A stretch of DNA of 64,000 nucleotides. Origin: an uncultured Gemmatimonadales bacterium. Lineage in GTDB: Bacteria > Gemmatimonadota > Gemmatimonadetes > Longimicrobiales > RSA9. The notes below the pieces were generated by a model. That model had not been told where the DNA came from, did not search any database, and was given only the letters and a program-made list of their open reading frames with translations. Both the position numbers and the translations under genes were made by a program. This document shows positions 58,050 to 64,000 of this stretch, piece after piece. The stretch is taken from assembly GCA_963783305.1 (NCBI GenBank), contig CAWAMW010000002.1:416001-480000 (forward strand). Reading direction: 5' to 3'. Numbering within the stretch: the stretch's first letter is position 1; every line of letters starts with the position of its first letter.

Positions 58050-58490
58050 AATAACGAGCGGTTCGTCCAGGTCACGGACGAGCGGGACTACCAGGCGGAG
58101 TGCCGGAAGGCGGAGATCCACTGAGGCGCCGATGGACCTGCCGGGGGCGCCGACGGACCTGCCTGAGGCGCCGACGGACCTGCCGGGGGCGCCGACGGAC
58201 CTGCCGGGGGCGCCGACGGACCTGCCGGGGGCCGAGTCGCTGTCACTCGCCGAGTTGATCCAGCTGACGCGGGAAAAGTAAGAGATCTGAGGCAGGGGTC
58301 GGCGATCGCCTGCGGGGTACACGGGCTTCGAACGCAATATCGCGGTGGCGATGGGATCCACGAGGTGATCGCGGGGGTGGTCCGGCGACCTGGCTGACCC
58401 CGGTGAACGAGCCGTCGGACAGGCGGTGGCTGCGCTACGCGAGGTGCTGGAGGACGAGAGCGTGCGTGTACGGGAGCGCGCGGCGTGCCG
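58050..58490 (+). pseudogene. queG 3'-end relic 4 (longest)
   Basis: NNERFVQVTDERDYQA...DLPGAESLSLAELIQLTREK*EI*...GSAI..AGYTGFERNIAVAMG...WLTPVNEPSD.AVAALREVLEDESVRVRERAA, with stops and frameshifts. Confidence 0.85.
58125..58229. repeat. 21-nt tandem repeat x5 (GGCGCCGACGGACCTGCCGGG)
   Basis: Units at 58125, 58146, 58167, 58188 and 58209, three of them identical; reads APTDLPG in the relic frame. Confidence 0.92.
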
Positions 58491-58575
58491 CTTCGGCAAG
58501 AAAGGATCGATCGGGAGTAGCCGTCGGCGTTTTCGGGCTAGCGTGTCTCATCGGCGGGTTGTGCGTGCGTCGCCC

Positions 58576-58750
58576 GGTGTTCGCAGCCATGGTCGGCCGG
58601 TGTGAGGCGAAGGGCTGCAAAGGCCATGAGTATCCTGGTGTTCGCAGCCACGGATGTGCCTCCGGGCATCCGCGGCGGCAGACTCCATGACCCTCATGGG
58701 GTTCGCAGCACTGGGTCCCCGGGCGGACCACCCGGGCTGCGTCCACCACG
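58576..58750. repeat. Array of 37-bp imperfect palindromes with 24-nt spacers (period 61)
   Basis: Half unit GGTGTTCGCAGCC at 58576-58588; GGCTGCAAAGGCCATGAGTATCCTGGTGTTCGCAGCC at 58613-58649; GGCGGCAGACTCCATGACCCTCATGGGGTTCGCAGCA at 58674-58710; half unit GGCTGCGTCCACCACG from 58735. Confidence 0.75.
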
Positions 58751-58788
58751 TGGCCGAAAGCCGCGCGGGAGTGCTCCCAGCTTCCCGA

Positions 58789-58925
58789 CACGAGCCCAGT
58801 TCGGCCCTGTCTACCCTTCGCGACCGCCCGTGATGCTCCGCTCATCCGACTGCTGACCACGTTCGTTCTCGTGCAGGAAGACATGCTTCGGGAGCCAATC
58901 CTCTATCTCTCGATCTTCTTCAGCG
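58789..58925 (+). pseudogene. Fic/DOC family fragment
   Basis: RLLTTFVLVQEDMLREPILYLSIFF matches the helix following the Fic HPFxDGNGR motif, which is degraded upstream. Confidence 0.6.
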
Positions 58926-59080
58926 CCATCGGCAGAGCTACTCCGATCGGTTGCACGGCCAATGATAGGGAGAATGGCAGGAATGCTTCCGCAACGTGCG
59001 GCATATGGTCTCCATGGTGGGAGCACCCCGGGGCTGAGAACGGCCCGCTCCGGTCGTCCTCTCTCGATGGCCGGTGCTCA

Positions 59081-59160
59081 GGCGGCACATCCAGCCGGGA
59101 GGTGTATCCGTGGAACGCGCCGAAGCTGGTGGCGCTGACGCGGGACCCGGACTCCCACCG
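59081..59160 (+). pseudogene. queG relic 5 (spans the CPWN junction)
   Basis: GGCGGCACATCCAGCCGGGAGGTGTATCCGTGGAAC aligns with queG GGGTGCGACATCTGCCAGGAGGTGTGTCCGTTCAAC; reads EVYPWNAPKLVALTRDPD. Confidence 0.7.
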
Positions 59161-59197
59161 CGGGACCTCGGATCGTCGACTCGTCCCCGACCGTCGA

Positions 59198-59551
59198 TCA
59201 GACCTCGCGGAGCCAGGCGCGTGCCTCCGCAGCCCGGGGCGTTTCGAAGAAGCGCACGTCTGCCTTGAAGAAGGGCTTCGACAGCTTCGTGCCCCACTCC
59301 TCCCACCGGGTCCTGCCGACGATGGCGATCCGCTCCATCGCGTCCTGGTGCGTCGCGTCGAATTTCACGTCCTGCCAGAGACCCTCCGGATCCCAGCCAC
59401 GGAAGTCCTCGAGCTCGATGTACAGCCGGAGCGCGCCCCGCTCGGCCGCGAGGCGCTCCAGCTCTGGCACCAGGCGATCGTAGTCCTCTCCGGTCAGCTT
59501 GCCGCTCGCGTGGATCTCCACGAGGTCCGGCTGTGCCTTCAGCTCGATCAT
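59198..59551 (-). CDS. SpoIIAA-like (STAS/SEC14) domain protein
   Basis: GKLTGEDY, LEDFRGW, WQDVKF, ERIAIVG, VRFF, EARAWL; GGAGG RBS. Confidence 0.88.
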   Translation of the reverse strand: MIELKAQPDLVEIHASGKLTGEDYDRLVPELERLAAERGALRLYIELEDFRGWDPEGLWQDVKFDATHQDAMERIAIVGRTRWEEWGTKLSKPFFKADVRFFETPRAAEARAWLREV

Positions 59552-59701
59552 TTCCGCCTCCCTTGCGTTGTTTGCCTGCCCCTACTCACCTCGCGCGCAA
59601 GCGCCACACCATCTTCTGCGCCGGTGAGCAACGGTCGCCCGACGCCGCGCGTCTAAGGAGACGCTACCGAAGATCGGGCCCACCCGAGTGCCGACGACGC
59701 C

Positions 59702-62149
59702 ATGAACGCGCTGCTGTCCGACCTCCGTTTCGCTTTCCGCGGCCTGCTCCGGAGCCCTGGCTTCACGGCGGTGGCGGTGCTGACCATCGTGCTGGGGATC
59801 GGCGCGACCACCGCGGTCTTCACCCTGGTCGACGGGGTGCTGCTGAGTCCGCTGCCGTTCCCGGACGCGGACCGGCTGGTGTCGATCCGGCACGTGGGGC
59901 GGGACGGGCAGGATGAGCTTCCGATGTCGCCGGGGCTGTACCTGCTCTACGGCGAGCAGGCGCCCGCGCTCGGGGCGGTGGCGATGTACGGGAGTGCGGC
60001 GGCCAACGTGGTGGTGGAGGGCCGGCCGCAGCGGGTGCCGGCGCAGGCGGTGACGCCGGCCTTCTTCGGGGTGCTGGGCGCGAAGGCGGCGCTGGGGCGG
60101 ACGTTCCTGGAGGAGGAGGGGCTGCCGGAAGGTGCGCGGGTGGTGCTCCTGAGCGACGGCTACTGGCGCGGCGAGCTCGGGGGAGATCCTGCAGTCGTCG
60201 GCGGGACGCTGGACGTGAACGGGGTCGCGCGGACGATCGTGGGGGTCATGCCAGCGGACTTCGGCTTCCCGGACCGGGAGGCGCGGCTCTGGGTCCCCAT
60301 GGTGGTGGACCCGGCGAACGCGCCGCTGGCGAACTTCGGCGCCGGCGGGATCGGCCGGTTGGCCGAGGGGACGACGGTGGAGGGGCTGAGCGCGCAGCTG
60401 GAGGGGCTCATCGGTCGCCTGGACGAGCTGTTCCCGGAGAGCCAGGCGCCGGCGTTTCTGGCGGAGGTGAAGCTGCGGAGCCGGGTGCAGCCGCTGAAGA
60501 CGGCGCTGGTGGGCGACCTGAGCACCACGCTGTGGATTCTGCTGGGCACGGTGGCGTTCGTGCTGCTGATCGCGGCGGCCAACGTGGCGAACCTGCTGCT
60601 GGTACGGGCCGAGACCCGGCAGCGGGAGCTGGCGCTGCGGAGCGCGCTCGGCGCCGGTCGGCTCCAGGTGATCCGGTGGTTCCTCACCGAGAGCGCGCTG
60701 CTGGCGGTGGCCGGGGGCGTGCTCGGAACGGCGCTGGCGGCCGTGGCCGTACGCACGTCGCTCCGGCTGGTGCCGACGGAGATCCCGCGCCTCGACGAGC
60801 TCGGCGTGGACCTTCGGGTGATCGGGTTCGCGGCCGTAATCACGGTCCTGGCCGCCCTGCTCTCCGGGCTGTTCCCGATCCTGCGTACGCGGGGTGCGTC
60901 GCTCGCGGACCAGCTCCGTGAGGGGAGCCGGGGCGGAACCAGCGGGCGCGAGCGGCACCGGCTCCGGAACGGCCTGGTCGTCGCCCAGGTCGCCCTCGCC
61001 CTGGTCCTGCTCATTGGCTCCGGGCTCATGTTCCGGAGCTTCCGCGCGCTCCGGGCCGTGGACCCGGGCTTCGACTCCCGCTCCTTCCTCACGGCCGAGG
61101 TGATCGTTCCGGCGGCTGAGCTGGAGGGGTGGGAGGAGACCGACGCCTTCTTCCGTCAGCTCGGCGACGCGCTCGCCTCGAATCCCGGCGTGGACGCCGT
61201 CGGCTTCGGGCAGACGCTACCCATCGATGGCGGGACGCCGTTCTTCACCATCGAGGTGGAAGACCACCCCCGCGGCCCGACCGAGCTCCCGATCCTGTCC
61301 AGCAACGTGCAGGTGGGGTCCGGCTGGTTCGAGGCCCTCGGCATCCCGCTCGTCGAGGGACGCACCCTCCGACGGGGCGACGGCGCCACCGGCGCCCGCT
61401 CGGTGGTGGTCTCCCGCGCCTTCGCCCGCCGCTGGTGGCCGGACCGGAGCCCCATCGGCCGGCACATGCGGCTCGGGTTCGAGGGCGAGGAGTGGTACAC
61501 CGTGGTCGGCGTGGTGGGCGACGTCCACTACCAGGGGCTGCAGAGCCCCGCCGAGGAGCTCGTCTACTGGCCGACCGTCGTTGGCGCCACCGCCGAGCCG
61601 GTCCCGAGCCGCGCGCTGACGGCGGTCATCCGGACTTCCGGCGACCCGCTGGCCCTCGTCCCGGTGCTCCGCCGCGAGGTCACCGAGCTGAGCCCACGGA
61701 TCCCGGTCTCGAACCCGCGGACCAGCGACGAGCTGCTCGGCGCCGCGACCGCCCGGACCTCCTTCACCATGGCGCTCCTTGGCGCCGCGTCCGTGATCGC
61801 CCTGGTGCTCGGACTGGTCGGGATCTACGGCGTGATTTCCTACGTGGTGTCCCAGCGTACGCGGGAGATCGGGATCCGCATGGCCGTCGGCGCCAGCGGG
61901 GGCGCCGTCCGGGGCATGGTCGTGCGCCACGGCCTCGCGCTCTCCGGCGCCGGAGTGGTCATCGGGCTCGGTGCCGCCGCGGTCCTGAGCCGCACCATGA
62001 GCACCGTGCTCTACGGCGTCGGCGCCCTCGACCCCCTCACCTACGGCGCCGTGGCCGCGCTCCTGGTGGGTGTCGGCGCGCTGGCCAGCTGGATCCCCGC
62101 CCACCGGGCGTCACGAGTGGACCCCAGCAACGCGCTGCGGTCGGAGTAG
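59702..62149 (+). CDS. ADOP-type duplicated MacB/FtsX ABC permease
   Basis: DLRFAFRGLLRSPGF, LGIGATTAVF, ANVANLLLVRAE, RTREIGIRMAVGA, RASRVDPSNALRSE. Confidence 0.93.
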   Translation: MNALLSDLRFAFRGLLRSPGFTAVAVLTIVLGIGATTAVFTLVDGVLLSPLPFPDADRLVSIRHVGRDGQDELPMSPGLYLLYGEQAPALGAVAMYGSAAANVVVEGRPQRVPAQAVTPAFFGVLGAKAALGRTFLEEEGLPEGARVVLLSDGYWRGELGGDPAVVGGTLDVNGVARTIVGVMPADFGFPDREARLWVPMVVDPANAPLANFGAGGIGRLAEGTTVEGLSAQLEGLIGRLDELFPESQAPAFLAEVKLRSRVQPLKTALVGDLSTTLWILLGTVAFVLLIAAANVANLLLVRAETRQRELALRSALGAGRLQVIRWFLTESALLAVAGGVLGTALAAVAVRTSLRLVPTEIPRLDELGVDLRVIGFAAVITVLAALLSGLFPILRTRGASLADQLREGSRGGTSGRERHRLRNGLVVAQVALALVLLIGSGLMFRSFRALRAVDPGFDSRSFLTAEVIVPAAELEGWEETDAFFRQLGDALASNPGVDAVGFGQTLPIDGGTPFFTIEVEDHPRGPTELPILSSNVQVGSGWFEALGIPLVEGRTLRRGDGATGARSVVVSRAFARRWWPDRSPIGRHMRLGFEGEEWYTVVGVVGDVHYQGLQSPAEELVYWPTVVGATAEPVPSRALTAVIRTSGDPLALVPVLRREVTELSPRIPVSNPRTSDELLGAATARTSFTMALLGAASVIALVLGLVGIYGVISYVVSQRTREIGIRMAVGASGGAVRGMVVRHGLALSGAGVVIGLGAAAVLSRTMSTVLYGVGALDPLTYGAVAALLVGVGALASWIPAHRASRVDPSNALRSE

Positions 62150-62217
62150 TCGGCGTTACCGGTACTGCAGCTCCAAGAGGTCCCACAGCAGGCCCCGCGC
62201 ATCACCCGCTCGATGCT

Positions 62218-62475
62218 CTACGAAGCTGTGGCACCCTCCGAACTCAGCAGTTTCTTCACCTGGCCCACCGACAGCAGGTGTCCGGACGACTTCACCTGCC
62301 CGTCCACGGCGAGGGCCGGGGTCATGGCGACGCCCATCCGGGCGATGTCCGCGATCTTCTCCACCTTCTCGATCTCGGCCGTGATGCCGAGCTCCGCAAT
62401 GGCCTGCTCCGCGTTGGCCGTGAGCGCCTTGCACTTGGCGCAGCCCGTTCCGAGGATCTGTACCTTCATCATCAT
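62218..62475 (-). CDS. Small thioredoxin-like redox-active disulfide protein (MTH895-like)
   Basis: MKVQILGTGCAKC, IEKV, GVAMTPALAVDG. Confidence 0.9.
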   Translation of the reverse strand: MMMKVQILGTGCAKCKALTANAEQAIAELGITAEIEKVEKIADIARMGVAMTPALAVDGQVKSSGHLLSVGQVKKLLSSEGATAS

Positions 62476-62515
62476 CTCCGTGCTCGTGTCGTGTCGTCGA
62501 GTGCGTCGCGCCGCA

Positions 62516-63936
62516 TCAGGCGATCGCGCCGTAGATCATCCCGGCTGTGGTGGCCATGACCACGGTCAGGGCCAGGAAGGCCAGCGTCTTCTTCGTCCCG
62601 GTGAAGCTACGGATCACCAGGATGCTCGGGAGCGACAGCGCGGGTCCCGCCAGGAGCAGGGTGAGGGCGGGGCCGTCGCCCATCCCGGCGCCCATGAGGC
62701 CCTGGAGGATCGGGACCTCCGTGAGCGTGGCGAAATACATGAACGCTCCCGCCACCGACGCGAACAGGTTGGCGCCCAGCGAGTTGCCTCCCACCGCCTC
62801 CGCCACCCACGTCGATGGGATCAATCCCTCGTGCCCCGGACGCCCGAGGAGCAGCCCGGCGGCAAGGATGCCGATGAACAGGAGCGGAAAGATCTGCTTC
62901 GCAAACCCCCACGACGCGCTGAACCACTCTCCCGCCTCCCCGCCGCTCGTGCTCGCGATGAGCGAGAGCCCCACCGCCGCCGCCGCGAACGGAACGAGGG
63001 GCTCGTGGGGGAAGAGGAGCGCGAGCAGCGCCGTGACGACGACCGTCGCCCCACCTCGATGGCGCTCATCCCGATCCACCGGACCAGCGCATACGCCAAG
63101 ACCAGCGCCGATGCCGCCGTCAGCTTCCACTTGGCCGCGTAGATGGCGTGCCAGAAGCCTGCGGTGCTCTCGGGAGCGCCCGAGTTGGCCAAAACCAGGA
63201 CGGCCACCATGGCGCCGAAGAAGGTGGCGGTCTGCCAGAGCGGGCGGCCGTCGCCGGCGTCGTCGTCGGGCCCGGCCAGCCACTGGCCCGACCGCTCCAT
63301 CTCGGAGCGTCGGAAGATCAGGTGCATGAAGAGCCCGATCAGCAGGGCGAACACGACGGCGCCCACCGCCCGGGCGATCCCGATCTCCACCCCCAGCACG
63401 TTCGCCGTCAACACGATGGCGAGGACGTTGATCGCCGGGCCGGAATACAGGAACGCCGAGGCCGGACCGAGGCCGGCGCCGTTGGCGTAGATCCCGCCGA
63501 ACAGCGGCAGCACCGTGCACGAGCAGACCGCGAGCAGCGTCCCGGACACGGAGGCCACGCCATACGCCACCGGCTTCGGCGCCCGCGGCCCGAGGTACTT
63601 CAGCACCGCCTGCTGACTCAGGAACACCGAGATCGCCCCGGCGATGAAGAACGCCGGTACCAGGCAGAGCAGCACGTGTTCCTGCGCGTACCACTTCGTC
63701 AGCGCCAGCGCCTCCGTTACCGCCCCTTCGAAACGGGCATTGCCGACCGGGAGGAAGTAGAAGACGACGAAGACGCCGGCGATCCACGCCAGCGGCTTCC
63801 ACTCCGACCCCCACTCCGTCGCGCCCGGGGCCGCGCGCCTTCGAGCCCACCAGCCGGCAAGGCGACGGCCCGGGGCGATCCCGCCGATCCTACCCTCAGC
63901 CGACCGCGAGCCCGACGCCTCCTGTGCCGTTTCCAT
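62516..63936 (-). pseudogene. DUF318/ArsP-family permease split by a single frameshift
   Basis: N-half (HVLLCLVPAFFIAGA, AVCSCTVLPLF, FLYSGPAIN) and C-half (FMYFATLTEVP, LAGPALSLPS) lie in different frames; one base is missing in the C4 run at 63049-63052. Confidence 0.8.
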
Positions 63937-64000
63937 CACTGTGCCGCCCCTCCTCATACGGCCGCTGCCGCGGTTGCTCCGCTCCCCCGCCCACTGCACC

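Noticed and set aside
58576..58750. Calling the second array a CRISPR array
   Set aside because: Repeats are too divergent, there are too few units, and no cas genes are present.
29521..64000. Intact prophage, integron, IS or integrase explaining the accessory region
   Set aside because: I recognised no recombinase, transposase or phage gene and no attC-like sites; a mobility gene could lie outside the window.
1..64000. tRNA, rRNA or riboswitch
   Set aside because: None recognised by eye; a covariance-model scan would be needed to exclude them.

Overview
This is a GC-rich bacterial window, probably Gemmatimonadota. That assignment is an inference from gene content (ADOP-type duplicated permeases, many beta-barrel and lipoprotein genes). 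I found no rRNA, tRNA, cas gene or intact integrase. The left half (1-29.5 kb) holds an RND efflux operon, a coupled lhr-nei DNA-repair pair, and an orphan AbiEi/DUF559 nuclease gene with a downstream array of 35-bp palindromes. It also holds a PadR envelope module, an outer-membrane metallopeptidase locus, a multiheme cytochrome region (6-, 16- and 9-heme proteins, the latter two flanking a putative porin) and queG. The right half (29.5-64 kb) is an accessory, partly decayed region of regulators, permeases, outer-membrane proteins and gene scraps. Three observations stand out. (1) Five clear, and possibly six, degenerate same-orientation copies of the 3' end of queG punctuate the accessory region. 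Several begin at the conserved GCDICQEVCP(W/F)N codons, where codon style in the intact queG also changes, suggesting repeated DNA capture at queG with 3'-end replacement. (2) Two unrelated arrays of 35-37-bp palindromes with a period of about 61 nt are present, one of them beside the DUF559 nuclease gene. (3) A putative non-Mtr porin-cytochrome electron conduit is encoded at 23-28 kb. All family assignments come from reading motifs by eye; no database searches were run.
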